From Mobula hypostoma (Eukaryota), in the NCBI RefSeq assembly GCF_963921235.1, contig NC_086108.1:29886001-29950000 (forward strand): a stretch of DNA of 64,000 nt. The letters are read 5' to 3'. Of the stretch, positions 13,337-26,615 are shown piece after piece. Numbering within the stretch: position 1 is the stretch's first letter; every line of letters begins with the position of its first letter. A program made the translations under genes and the position numbers. The notes beneath the pieces were generated by a model. That model was not told the DNA's origin. It made no database searches and saw only the letters and a list, made by a program, of their open reading frames with translations.

Positions 13337-14371
13337 CAGGCGGTGACTAGTGGGGTACCGCAAGACTCAGTGCTGGGACCCCAGTTGTTTACAATATATA
13401 TTAATGACTTGGATGAGGGAATTAAATGCAGCATCTCCAAGTTTGCGGATGACACGAAGCTGGGTGGCAGTGTTAGCAGTGAGGAGGATGCTAAGAGGAT
13501 GCAGGGTGACTTGGATAGGTTGGGTGAGTGGGCAAACTCATGGCAGATGCAATTTAATGTGGATAAATGTGGTTATCCACTTTGGTGGCAAAAATAGGAA
13601 AACAGATTATTATCTGAATGGTGGCCGATTAGGAAAAGGGGAGGTGCAACGAGACCTGGGTGTCATTATACACCAGTCATTGAAAGTGGGCATGCAGGTA
13701 CAGCAGGCGGTGAAAAAGGCGAACGGTATGCTGGCATTTATAGCGAGAGGATTCGAGTACAGGAGCAGGGAGGTACTACTGCAGTTGTACAAGGCCTTGG
13801 TGAGACCACACCTGGAGTATTGTGTGCAGTTTTGGTCCCCTAATCTGAGGAAAGACATCTTTGCCATAGAGGGAGTACAAAGAAGGTTCACCAGATTGAT
13901 TCCTGGGATGGCAGGTCTTTCATATGAAGAAAGACTGGATGAACTGGGCTTGTACTCGTTGGAATTTAGAAGATTGAGGGGAGATCTGATTGAAACGTAT
14001 AAGATCCTAAGGGGATTGGACAGGCTAGATGCGGGAAGATTGTTCCCGATGTTGGGGAGGTCTAGAACGAGGGGTCACAGTTTGAGGATAGAGGGGAAGC
14101 CTTTTAGGACCGAGGTTAGGAAAAACTTCTTCACACAGAGAGTGGTGAATCTGTGGAATTCTCTGCCACAGCAAACTGTTGAGGCCAGTTCATTAGCTAT
14201 GTTTAAAAGGAAGTTAGATATGGCCCTTGTGGCTACAGGGGTCAGGGGGTATGGAGGGAAGGCTGGGTTCTGAGTTGGATGATCAGCCATGATCATAATA
14301 AATGGCGGTGCAGGCTCGAAGGGCCGAATGGCCTACTCCTGCACCTATTTTCTATGTTTCTATGTTTCTAT
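13337..14371 (+). mobile_element. Young 5'-truncated CR1 LINE (RT C-terminus and 3' UTR)
   Basis: Reads [41 protein letters not shown]. One 2-bp frameshift near 13570, then an open frame to 14273 (LYKALVRPHLEYCVQFWSP...FFTQRVVNLWNSLP). Ends in a (TTTCTATG)n tail. Confidence 0.96.
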
Positions 14372-14720
14372 AATAGGATCAATAAAGGACTGTACCAACT
14401 TGAGCATTCAACTGGTGTACAAAAGACAACAAGCTGTGCAAATCCAAAAAGAAAAAAATAATAATAAATAAATAAGCAATAAATATTGAGAAAATGAGAT
14501 GAAGAATCCTTAAAATCAAGTCCATTGGTGGTGGGAATAGTTCAATGATGGGCTGAGTAAAGCTGAGTGAAGTTACCCCTTTTGGCCCAAGAGCTGATGG
14601 TTGAGGGGTAATAACTGTTCCTGAACCCTGGTGGTGTGAGCCCTGCGGCACCTGTACTTTCTCCCTGATGGCAGCAGTAAGAAGAAAACTTGGCCTGGGT
14701 GATGGGGGTCCCTGAAGATG
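14372..14720 (-). mobile_element. Rex1/Babar-type LINE 3' fragment
   Basis: Homologous to the 3' ends at 31935-32430 and 50810-51270 (LLPSGRRYR-type coding end and 3' UTR). Confidence 0.75.
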
Positions 14721-17136
14721 GAGTTTGCCAATATACTGAGAAACAAGCTTTGCTCTTTTTTGAGAGAGGAAGCAGAATGTCACTATTTTGGCAGGCAACT
14801 AAAAAACCTTGTTACAGAATTACTGCGCTTTGCTAATTCAGAACCATATTCATTTCACATGAAACACTCAAAGATGTGCATTTATACAGGTAAGGTAGAA
14901 GAAATGGCCCCAAGGATGGATTTAATGAGATTACTAATGAGAAATAAGTCTGCCAATCACGGATAATGTTTGGAAATGTGTTTGCAGTGTGAGTAGAGTT
15001 AGACATTTGTTTTTTGTTTGAGGGTCACATTTCAAGGCTTTTAAGTAAAGCAAGCTGCTTGAAATACAAGTTATTGACTGTAGTAATCTGATAACTACCT
15101 GGACTATTGATAGGTAAACCTGCAAGTAAAACATTTATACTAATCTTTCACTATGATGCAAAGCAAGCACGTGCTTCTAACAGGCCAGGAGAAAATGGGG
15201 GATCGAGCAGCCAGGAAGACTCATAAAAAGCGGCAAAGTGCTGCAAAGGGAGTAACGGCATTTCAGTAAAGCATGGAAGAGTTTGCAAAGGCTAACAGCT
15301 AGCACAATCGTGTAGATTGAACTGATGAAAAGAGTGAATAGGAATGTGAAATAGATATGAAAATGGTGAACTACTTAACTGAGCCCTTAGTTTGCATTCT
15401 TCACTGGAGATTCAATTGGCCATGGCACTGAAGTACTTGTAAAGAGAAGAAGCATATTGGGTTCAAAATAGTGGCTGGATAGAAGAGGAAAGTGAAGCAG
15501 TACTTGAAAAATTGTCCAGACTTGGTCTTCATCCAAAATATTGGAAGACAATGAGAAAATTATGGATGCATTTCACACTTTTCCAAAGTACAACCTTGTT
15601 TCAGCACTACAAATATTTAATAGAATTTAACCTTCAACTTTCCTCCATCTATCATAAATATAAACATGTCTGTGCCTGTATAAATTCCTCCCAGTCTGGT
15701 CATGTTATGTCTCCATTGAGTATACAATCTTTGATGGGTTTGGGCCCAAGATTTAATTGTCTCTTTGAATTAATTATAATCTTAGACTTGGGTGGTTCCC
15801 ATATTACAGGACCTTCATGTGTGTTCTCAAATTTAATGCAGACTCTCGGAAACTTATTTTATCCTAGAGATCCATTGAGGCTTAGCACTCTTGCTCAAGC
15901 TGAGAATATTTTGGCATAGATTACATCTGAGGCCATTCAGCCTGCGGAGTTTGTACTGGTTCTGTATAGGAGTAATCCCATTATCCTGGCTTCTCACCGT
16001 TTATATATTATATTAAGTTATAACATAGCTCCTTGTCAGTGGTTTCTGCCTTGACCTTTTAATACCATTTAGTAAAATCTATGCCCTGCCACCTCCATCC
16101 CAAAGGAAACAGCCCCAGATTCTACAGCTATTTTAATGTCTGTCATCCCTCAAAGCTATTCCAGTAATGAAACCTCTTTGATACTTTCACATCTTTACTA
16201 ATTGGACACTAAATTCCATTTGTGGCTGCATTTGACTATTATAAGTTTTTTTTCGCTGTCATTAAGGTTCATCGTTAATGCATCTGAAATGGGCACATTA
16301 GTTCAAGGCTGTGCCAACTATCAAGTAGCCATTTACATTCATCCTACATAAATCCCATATTGTATCTCCAGGTCCCCCTAGATTGTACTGCTCGCCTGTA
16401 CGTACACTGGAGGTTACTTACATTTCCCAATTAACATACCTGCATGTTTCTTATCATTTTTCAAACTACTTTTTATTCATCATAGATCTGCTCATTCCCA
16501 CCAGCACGGTTATATTTCCTTGAAGTCTATAACCATCAGTAAATGTGAAAATTGGCCTGTATTTCCAAGTGCAAATTAAGATGTTTTAAAACAAAAAAAA
16601 AGTCTTAATCGTAACCAATGTAAACTGGTTTATTATTGTCACATGTACTGAGGTGCAGTGAAAAACTGTCTTGCATGGTATCCATTAAGATCACTTCAAT
16701 CACATCAGTGTAATGAGCTACTATCAGGGAAAAGCAATAGTCAAATGCAGAATAGTGTTGCAGTTACAGAGAAAGTGCAGGCATACAATAAGCTGCAAGG
16801 CCACAATAACACTACAGGGGCATTTTGTTCCTGGCTTGTAATACTATCCAATACTGGGAGATGAGAATCTAGCACATTCTGGTCCACAGCTGATGGCGGG
16901 CTGAATCTGCTTGCCACTCAGTGACCTTCACTGTTTATGACCATGTGAGATGTACTTCTAATCAGAACCAAACCTATGTCACTGTGGGCATTTCTCACTG
17001 TTATCCATTGCTAGGGTTTTGAAGCAAGTGTTACTACTACTACCTCTGCTGTGTTAGGGCCATTAATTTCTGAATCAATTTTGGACTTTCTAAATCTATG
17101 TTACCTTCCATACATTGAGTAGAGGAGGCTTGTTGT

Positions 17137-17842
17137 ACCTCCATTCAGGACCCCAAACTGTCCTTCCAGGAGAGACATCCCTCCACCTGCAAATCAGCTG
17201 GGGTCATCTGTTGTGTCCAGTGCTCCCGTTGCATCCTCCTTGACATTGGTGAGACTCATCACAAATAAGAGGAGTACTTCGTCAAGCACCTATGCTCCAT
17301 CTCCCACTTCCATTCCCGTTCCAACTTGTCGGACCATGGCCTCCTCTTGTGCCACAATGAGGCCACCCTCAGGGTGGAGGAGCAACACCTTATATTCCAC
17401 GTGGGTAGCCTCCAACCTTTTGGCATGATATCTATTTCTCCTTCCTGTTAAACAAATAAGATAATTCCCTCCCTGCCCCCTCTTCTTATATTCCCCATTC
17501 TGGCCTCTTACTTGTTCTCACCTATCTCTCATTCCCCACTCCCTGGGTGTCCCTCCTCCTTTCTTTTCTCCTATGGCCCACTCTCTTCTCCTATCAGATT
17601 CCTTCCTCTCCAGACTTCTACGTTTCTCACCCACCAGACATCACCTATTACCTTCTAGCTAGTCTCCTTCCCCTTCCCCCTCCCCAACCCCTACACTTAC
17701 TTTCCAGTCCTGAAGAACTGTCTGCCCGAAACATTGACTGACTGTTCATTTCCATGGATGCTACCTGACCTTCTGAGTTTCTTCAGCATTTTGTGTGTGT
17801 GTTGCTTTGGACTTCAGCAGCTGCAGAATTTCTTGTGTTTAC
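17137..17842 (+). mobile_element. Penelope-like retroelement 3' portion: decayed GIY-YIG endonuclease, pyrimidine-rich UTR, hammerhead remnant and tail
   Basis: From 17143 it translates IQDPKLSFQERHPSTCKSAGVICCVQCSRCILLDIGETHHK*EEYFVKHL, a decayed GIY-CxxC-YIG. EATLRVEEQHLIFHVGSLQP follows. Ribozyme-like cagtc-CTGAAGA...GAAACATT-gactg at 17705-17740. Confidence 0.85.
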
Positions 17843-18759
17843 ACATCTAAGTTAGTCAGTCCCGCACTGACGTGCTTTTTTTTTATTAAGAAAAGATTTA
17901 CACTGGTTTTCTTTATATTATAATTTTTTTGGCAATCAGGCACTGGAGTGCATGCAAATAACTTCACTGAATATTCTTCTAGCATCTATTTATAATTGTA
18001 ATAATATTGCACCGAGATCTTGGTGGAAGTCTTGCGTAAACATTGTGGCAAATAAAAAGTGATTTCTGTACGTTTGATGCATTCATTAGAGGAAGCGATC
18101 CAGAAAGCCAGAAGTCTCCTGTCTTTTTGGGGTTACCAGTGTTGAACATCAAATTGTTCTTGGCAGTTGAATTATTTTCCACATCCAGAGCATGTTACTG
18201 CTCGTGACGACGAAGTACTCCATTATGAAACTTGTCTTTCTGATGTACAGGTGCTGAAATATGAAAATTGTTATCCAGAGCTGCAATCCTTTTTGACATT
18301 CAGCTCTTCATAGTGAATGAACTGAATTGAAAGTTTAAACTCTGTTTCACCTTGACAACAGGAACTTGTGTCCACCTATTCTGCCAGTGCTTAACTTCTT
18401 TCCAACTTGCTGAACAACACGCGGGGGGAGAGCACCGGTGCCTACATTTGCTCAGTGGCTCTGAAGATTGCCTGAAAGCAGATCTTATGGTGAATAGGCT
18501 TTTACCTCAGTAACTTACCCACAGTAAGATGAGGCAATGGGACTTAAATTCCTGGTATCATATCATGATGCCTTTAAGTAGTGTGTAGCCTCAGAAAATG
18601 CAATTTTGTTGAGTAGACCATGGTCTGCAGTAAGTTTTCTTTACTAAAATTAAGTTAATCACTGTGATCACAAGTTCCTCAAGATGTGCAACAAATTGTG
18701 CAAGAGTTGCCTTTCCTGCATTTGATTTTGATGTCCTGAGTTTACAAAAAAATTAACGG

Positions 18760-19030
18760 TATGCAGCGCAGTGGTACAGCTGGTCGTACTGTTGTTTCTC
18801 AGCTTCAGCAATGTGAGTTTGATCCTGACCGCCACTGGTGCCTGTGTGAACCCTGTGTGTTCTCCCATGACTGTGTGAAAACGCCCTCCCTCTTCGCGAA
18901 GACATGCAGTTTGGCCCTTTATAAGGGTCATTATATATTACCCTTAGAATGTAGGTGAGTGGGAGTTGAGAGTAGTGTTTGGTTGATGTGGGCTAGAGGG
19001 CCTTTCTCTATGCTGTATGCATCTGACTAA
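18760..19030 (+). mobile_element. V-SINE/HE1-like tRNA-derived SINE remnant
   Basis: tRNA-like head (gcgcagtggtacagctggt...gtttgatcct), core (tgtgtgttctcccatgactgtgtg) and CR1-like tail (gggcctttctctatgctgtat). Confidence 0.6.
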
Positions 19031-21077
19031 ATTTTTAAAAGAATCTCAGTCAAAGATTTAAAAAATAAATCCCTCAGTATGGATAATGGTGTAGTACATT
19101 AGTTACTGCATTGAGAATGGTTTTCAATGTTACTTGTATAAGTGGCAAGCCATATTCCTGTACTTGGAAACACCTTTCATCAAAATTGGCATCTGATTAG
19201 AGAAACAAAACAGTGAGTGTGCCTTAACCCTGAAGCCGTTTGACTGGGAGCTGCCAGAGGTCAGCACCATCTTGGCTTGCTTCCATATGGCCTTTGCACT
19301 TTTGTCTTCCTCCATCACTCTTCTTCTGTAACTTTAACACTGCCTTCTGTACTTTTCTTAAATTATGATGTAACTGTACATTGCACAATCTGTTTGGATG
19401 GCATGCAGTGCGAAGCTTTTCTCTGTACTTTGGTGTATGTGGCAATAACAAGTCCTATCACTCAGTCATTAAATTGCGGACAACTTTGCTGGAGTAAACA
19501 TATGCCTTTTGTTGCATGAAGTTCTGCTTTGCTGTGATAAGAAAAGGTTCTAAGTTTACTCCTTGGAAAGATATTTCTACCTTCCACATACTAATCTTGC
19601 TAAGAGTTCATAAGTTCTGCCTTCTTCCTCCAAAGGATACAAACAACTGGCGGCTCTCTGATTTCTGCCGATGACTAGTTAGATCTATTTGTATTGTAGA
19701 GAACTGAACCTTTTTCATATGCTGTGTGACAGAAGCAAAGGGCCTTTTATTTAAAATCTGACATTTAATTAGTTGGAATAAAAGTTGGTACATGCATATA
19801 ATTTTTGCAGACCTGCTCCGCCGAACGCTGGCCCCAGTACAGCCAGATGTCTCCTGTACTTCAGCAATTTAGATTCAATAATGTGTATTTCTTTTCTTTT
19901 AAAATGTCAGTTTTCTTTCAGAGCATTTAACCTAAAATTACTTGAGTTTTGCTTTGTTTGTAAATCACCATGGATACCCAAGTAAGTGTCTTCGATTGCT
20001 CAGACAAAGCCATTATGCTAGAAAGACAGTAATTTGTGCATATTATTGTCATAGTTATCTTTTCAAAAGCAACCTGTATTGTCCTCTCATTTTTCTCAAG
20101 GGCAGTGGAAATGGAGTCTTTGACTACTCAATCATGGCATAAGTAAATGCAGAAATGCTTGAGTAGTTACGCAGGTCATTTGGGAGTGGAAGTAACGATC
20201 AGATAGGCTGTGATCTTACTGAGTAGCAGAACAGGCTTGAAGGGCTAAGTGGTCTAAATCCTACTCCCAGGTCATAACTATGGATCATTGTCATGATCCA
20301 GTTGCTTCTGTACTCCCCCAGAAAGTACAGTTAGAACACATTCAAGTAGAACTCTGCCATTCTGTTCTTTGTGGATATTGCATGAATAAGATTTGTAGAT
20401 GTAAAAGGTGACTTCACTTTCTTGCACTAACCGCAAGGCACTTGATTCCCTTAATATCGGAAGCAATAGATTATTCGTCCACTGAGTTTGAAATTGTTCT
20501 CAATATCGGAGCCTTGGAAATTTCACTTCAGAAGCTGCCTCACTAGTAGTTATTATATGTTGATTCATTGTGTCAAAAGAGATGTTTACCTTCTTTGATG
20601 ACTGCAAGGCAGGGTGGTGAAGGTATTCCCGGAAACATGTTGAACAATGCCAGAGTGACTTTGATGTGCCCAAGTTGGGAAGGAACCAGAATGTAATAGT
20701 GTTCCAGTGTGGGTGTGATGCTGCTGTCTTTCTGCATTGGTTTTAAAGTTGTGCTTGTTAAGCTTTGAAGTAACAGGGGATAATATTTTCAAGAATTGGC
20801 ACAACTAGGGGAACTTCTGCTTCTCAACTCTAGGTTCAATCATGACTTCATTGTGCTGTTTGTGAAGAGTTTGCACATGGTCTCCATGACAAATATCCCT
20901 GTTTTCCCCCAAATTTTCTTGGTTTCTTTCCACACTCAAAGTCTCATGGAAAGCTGATAGGAAAATATGGGGGTAAGTTAGTATAAATAGATGCTTCATG
21001 GTTGGTTTGGATTCAGTGAGCTAAAGGATTTGTTACAATAGTCTGGTACCCGTTCTGAACACATTTTGTCTTGATCA

Positions 21078-21211
21078 GAGAATCAGAATCAGGTTTATTA
21101 TCACTGGCATGTGTCGTGAAATTTGTTAACTTTGCAGCAGCAGTTCAATGCAATATGTGATAATATAGAAAGAAAAATAAACAAGTATATCAATTACATT
21201 AAGTGTGTGTA

Positions 21212-21260
<49 letters not shown>

Positions 21261-21271
21261 ATGTATATATA

Positions 21272-21352
<81 letters not shown>

Positions 21353-21975
21353 TATTAAATAGATTAAAATTAGTGCAAAAGCAGAAGTAATATATTTTTT
21401 TTTAAAAGTGAAGTAGTGTCCAAGGGTTCAATGTCCATGTAGGAATCGGATGGCAGAAGGGAAGGAGCTGTTCCTGAATCAATGAGTGTGGGCCTTCAGG
21501 CTTCTGTACCTCCTACCCGATGGTAACAGTGAGAAGAGGACATGTCCTGGGTGATAGGGGTCCTTAATAATGGATGCCGCGTTTCTGAGACACCGCACCT
21601 TGAAGATGTCTTTGATACTACAGAGGCTAGTACCCAAGATGGAACAGACTAATTTTGAAACTTTCTGTAGCTTTTTTTTTGACCTGTGCAGATGCAATAC
21701 CACCTCCCACCCCCGTCCCCATACCAGACAGTGATACAGTCTGTCAGAATGCTCTCCATGGTACATCTATAGAAGTGTTTGAGTATTTTGGGGACAAACC
21801 AAATCTCTTCAAACTTCTAATGAAATATAACCACTGTCTTGCCTTCATCAATATGTTGGGGCCAGGTTAGATCTCCAGAGATCTTGACACCCAGGAACTT
21901 GAAATTTCTTACTCTCTCCACTTCTGATCCCTCTATGGGGATTGGTTTGTGTTCCCTCATCTTACCCTTCCTGGT
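21078..21975 (-). mobile_element. Rex1/Babar-type LINE 3' part with embedded microsatellite
   Basis: ORF 21479-21766 reads CLRNAASIIKDPYHPGHVLFSLLPSGRRYRSLKAHT. The tail is (gattct)n, read as agaatcagaatc on +. Confidence 0.88.
21203..21351. repeat. Compound (TG)n/(TA)n/(CA)n microsatellite
   Basis: Directly visible alternating dinucleotide tracts. Confidence 0.97.
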
Positions 21976-22859
21976 CATTGTAGAAACCTGCAACTGAGCT
22001 GCTTTGCCCAGCTACTGAATGGGTGCCACGGCAGAAAACTACCAAGTAAATTGCTTGGGTGGTTCAATGACCATTAGGGATGATTATTTATTATTCCAGA
22101 ACATTAGCTTTCACATAGGTACATGGCAAGCTGAACAGTCTCTTACAGGCTTTATTGTGTTGACTGATTGGAATACTATGTTATGCAGTTGGGTCTATGG
22201 TAATGCCACATTTGATAGGTTTCACTTTAGGTTATTTGTATGCAGGCGTTATGTTTAACCTTGTATGTAGCTAGAAGCAAATTTGATTTGTATTGTTAAA
22301 TATATCCTTGATTTTGAACATGATTTTGATGGCACTTAGGCTGCCATCATTCTGAGCTAGTCTCCAAATGAAAAGCAAAATTAGGGTAGGAAGTACTGTT
22401 TACACTGTTTCATTCTCTTAGCACAGTGTAATAGAGCAAATGAAGATGTAGTGTTTAAACACAAATGGATAGTAGTGAGAATGGTGTAATCAGTAACATG
22501 TCCATACATGAACAAGTGATGTGGAGGGACAGTGCTTATTGCTGACAGCTCCCCAGGTGTTGAATTCCAGATGTCATGCACAGTTGAGAACAAGTCTATT
22601 GCCATTATTTGTTGTCTGTACCAGACGGCTGAATTTTTTGAGTCATTCCAGTTCTTGTTCATGCAAGAACCCAGTGTTTTGCTTCCAAGTTGATGATCCA
22701 GATTTTTTAAAGAATGCTGTTCATCTGGGTAGAATGAAATAAAAAAAAATCCTATTGTAAGTCAAGCTGCACTGGATTTTAAGATGTTAAGGATCTTTGT
22801 CAAAATCACCGAGTTGTGGTCTTTGAGGTTGTGGCTCAGTTGCTTTTTTTTAGATTTGC

Positions 22860-23535
22860 AGAGATGGTGTTGGGGATCAGGTTAGGATTGAGGGATAGGG
22901 ATGTAGAGGAATTAGAGTTCAGGCTAGAGTCTAAGCCTCTGCTCTGAGTTTGAAGGCCTGTGACATGGACATGGGATATCCGTTGTCAGATATTGGACCA
23001 GTGGACCAACATGGACAAAGGCTACTGAACTCCTCCACCCCCCCAGGGTCAGAGAATTGTTTACAGGTTCCAGAGTCAGAGTTTCGTGTGGGCAGGAAGA
23101 ATGAGGTGTGGTGAGCCTGTGGGTATGTGAATCTGTGGGACCAGAGTTCAATGCCCAGTGTTTAGTTATTGGTGGGTCCTGAGGACAATGCCAAGGATTG
23201 AAGCTCGAGTGCTAAATTGGAAGTCTAGAGGTCAAGGCCCCTTGGCTAGAGCCTGAGTCTGTGTCTGCTGAGGAGGTCGAAGCCTAATGTTTCCAAGTCT
23301 GCTAGAGGCTGGGGTCAGAGGACTGTGTGGATGTGTGAGAGAGAGGAACTGCTTGTTTTGCTGTTGCTTTTGACACTTGTGTTTGCTGAGCCTTGTGGGC
23401 ATGCTATATTGGTGCAGGACAGTATGGTGACACTTGCGGGCTGCCCCCACCATACTCACAGGTGTTGGTTGTTATCACAAATGACACATTTCACTGTGTT
23501 TCAATGGACATGCGATAAATAAATGTGAATCTTTC
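22860..23535 (+). mobile_element. Non-autonomous LINE-tailed interspersed repeat (unclassified)
   Basis: Starts agatggtg. Ends ttcactgtgtttcaatggacatgcgataaataaatgtgaatct, similar to the tail near 60900-60960. No coding capacity. Confidence 0.45.
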
Positions 23536-23834
23536 TATGCAACGTGTTAATTTTCCAGTGAAAATATGCCATTATGACTTGTTTTCATGAAACTTTTTCT
23601 TTGCTTGTGTTAAGCTTGCTGGCTCACACACTGCATACAAGTTCAGCTGAAGTAGATAATTCTGACAAAGCTAGAAGATTTGATTCCTTGCTGGAAAGAC
23701 TTTCTGACAGCCAGATGCACTAGGTGGGTCTTTACATTAACATGAACTTGTGAAAATGCCCATAGGCAGATGATGGTTCAAAAAGTTTAAACTTCTGTAC
23801 TTGCTATCTATCTTTTAGTTTTGAGATGTTTTAC

Positions 23835-24290
23835 CGAAAGGTGCTGGTAAAGGGCCAATAATATCGTGAAGGATCTCACTCACCCTGCTCATGGACTATT
23901 TGTCCCACTCCCAACAGCAAGGAGGCTACGCATCATCCACACTAGGACCTCTAGACTTAAGAACAGTTACTTTCCCCAAGCAGCAAGGCTGATCAATACC
24001 TCCACCCAGTAGCCCACCGCTCCACAGCCCCCAGCACCTCTACTTTATCATTCCCTGTCAATCACTTGCTGTACAGACACTCCTGATCCTAGTGTCATTT
24101 TATGGGCATACAGTCAATCTACGTATGTACATTAGGCTATCTTATGTATTTATTTTTATTGTTTTAATTATTGTGTTCTTTATCTTATTGTACATTTATT
24201 ATGTTCTTCATCAGAGTCGGAGTATCAATGATTTCATTCGGCTTTACACTTGTGTACTAGAAATGACATTAAACAATCGTGAATCTTGAT
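23835..24290 (+). mobile_element. Rex1/Babar-type LINE 3' fragment
   Basis: Translates RCW*RANNIVKDLTHPAHGLFVPLPTARRLRIIHTRTSRLKNSYFPQAARLIN, followed by a 3' UTR ending aaacaatcgtgaatcttga. Confidence 0.8.
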
Positions 24291-24397
24291 CGATCTATTC
24301 TCAATGTACGATGCAGCTGTTAGGACAGTATATAACATGAGGTTATAGTACAATCTGTCCATGTCTTTTTTCCCTTGTCATTCCTCTTCCTTGGAAA

Positions 24398-24760
24398 GTC
24401 AGAGTCATGGAACACAACAGTACAGAAACAGGCCCTTCAGCCCATCTAGTCTATGCCAAACCATTAATCTGCCCAGTCCCATCGACCTGCATCCAGACCA
24501 TAACCCTCCATACCCTTCCCTTCCATGTCCCATCCAAATTTCTCTTAAATGTTAAAATAGACTCCTCCTCCACCATTTGCACTGGCAGCTCGTTCCACAC
24601 TCTCACCACGCTGCTGAGTGATGAAGATCCCCCTCGTGTTCCCCTTCAACTTTTCACCTTTCACCCTTAACAGATAACTTCTAGTTGTGGTCTCAAGGAT
24701 TCCTGCAGCACACCACTAATCACAGGGCTCCATTCAGAGAAGCAACCATCTACAATCACT
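24398..24760 (-). mobile_element. CR1 3' end fragment
   Basis: Reverse complement of the CR1 tail at 1690-1930 (ORF 24407-24670 mirrors ORF 1784-1996). Confidence 0.8.
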
Positions 24761-25679
24761 TCTGTTCTTTATCTTGTGTTTTTTTTGTGTGCTGAGTTGG
24801 ATACAGAGTAACAATTATTTCGTTCTCCTTCACATTTGTGTACTGGAAATGATATTAAACAATACCTAATCTTGAGTGTTATAGAAACACTATGCAAAAT
24901 GCAAAGCTGTAATTAAGACCTCTTGCTGGACTGAGAATTGTTACAGCACCTGTTTCACAGACCACTGCATGGCTCTTGGCAGCTCTCCATCCACATTCAC
25001 CAGCTTGAGTGAGTTCTCCCTTGGTCCACTTATCAACGAGAAACAAGTCTTCATTTGACTTTGGTGCCAGCTATACAAGACTGAAGTAGATCTAGTTTAG
25101 AAAGCTAATACATGAGCAGAGTTCAATTTTATTGTGCAAACAGATTGGACCCACACCATTCAATAAAAAAAGAAGCAATCAGTAGTCTGGACTTCACTGA
25201 AATTTGCGGCAGTTCCTCAAGGAAGAATGGCAGTTGCCCATTAGAGGTGTCTTCATGTTTTGGAGTTCATGCACAGGTCCCAATCCCTCTGGGAGTGTCC
25301 CAGCTGCACACCATGTCTGGAAACTGCACAAGCGAATGGGAAGAGAAAGTTATTTCTAATCTGTTCATTTATTAGAAAACAAATTGAAACAAGAGTTCAT
25401 TATTCAAACCCTCATGATCTTATTTAAAGGATGGAGAATCATGTTGCTCTTTGAACTCCAGTTTAAGTAGTTTTGTTTTTCATTTTGCAGTTGTATAAAT
25501 ACCTGCAATTTCAAGGACATTTGGCAACATGGTAAAATGACCCAGGACTTTGTTTTGTGGCTGTAGCCTGGCCAGGATCTCCGGAGGAGTGTTCTGGTAT
25601 GTTCTTCCAGAACGGAGGGAAGCGTAGGTTGCTGGAGCACTGAGACAGCAGCAGTGCCTGTTGTGGGCATCACTGCCAA

Positions 25680-26310
25680 TGATGATCTCCACAGCCGTCT
25701 GTGACAATGAATTCCACAGATTCACTACCCTCTGGCTAAAGAAGTTTCTCATCATCTCTGTACTAAAGGGACATCCCTCTATTCTGAAGCTGTGCACTTT
25801 AGGCCTAGACTCTCCCACGATAGGAAATGCCCTCTCCACATCCACTCTATCTAGGTCTTTCAAAATTCAATAGGTCTCAATGAGATTCCCCCCCCCCAAC
25901 TGTACGAAACTCCAGTGAGTAAAGGCCCAGGGCCATCAAACGTAACGTACCTCATACAGACACCCTTTTATTCCCGAGATCATTCTTGTGAACCTCCTCT
26001 GGACCCTTTCCAATGCCAGCACATCCTTTCTTAGATAAGAGGCTAAAAACTGCACAATACTCAAGTGTAGTCTGACCAGAGCCTTACAAAGCCTCAACTT
26101 TGCAACTTTGCTTTTGTATTCTAGTCTTCTTGAAATGAATGCTAATGTTGAATTTGCCTTCCTCACTACCAACTCAACTTGCAAGTTGACCTTTAGGTAA
26201 TCCTGCATGAAGACTCCAAAATCCCTTTGCACATCAGATTTCAAAATTTGCTGTCCATTAAGAAAATATTCTTTGCCTTTATTCCTTTTACCGAAGTGCC
26301 TTATACATGG
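25680..26310 (-). mobile_element. CR1 LINE fragment (RT C-terminus)
   Basis: Minus ORFs read KALVRLHL...LERVQRRFTRMI and FFSQRVVNLWNSL. Confidence 0.9.
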
Positions 26311-26615
26311 AGCCTTGCTGCTCAGCCCTGGAATGTTCCTGGGTGGCTAGATCAGGATTCAGACTAAGTAAATAATGGACAGGAGAGAGTATGAAACCTG
26401 ACTTGCTAAAATCTGGACCAGTGTATGTTTTCTGGAGTTGGGGGGTGGGGGAGGGAGAGGAGTCTGGAGCAAGGTATATTTCTGGAACAAAAATTCCTTC
26501 ATTGTTCAAAGGTATTGTGTGATGACAACTAGTTTAACTTCTGAGGGCTGCAGTACTTGTACATCATCAAGAAGTCCCAAGCCTTCCTTTTTTCCATTTA
26601 GAGAATGAAAACACC

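Noticed and set aside
13350..14273. Longest ORF (307 aa) as a host gene
   Set aside because: It is the C-terminal part of CR1 ORF2, with an out-of-frame N-terminus caused by a 2-bp deletion.
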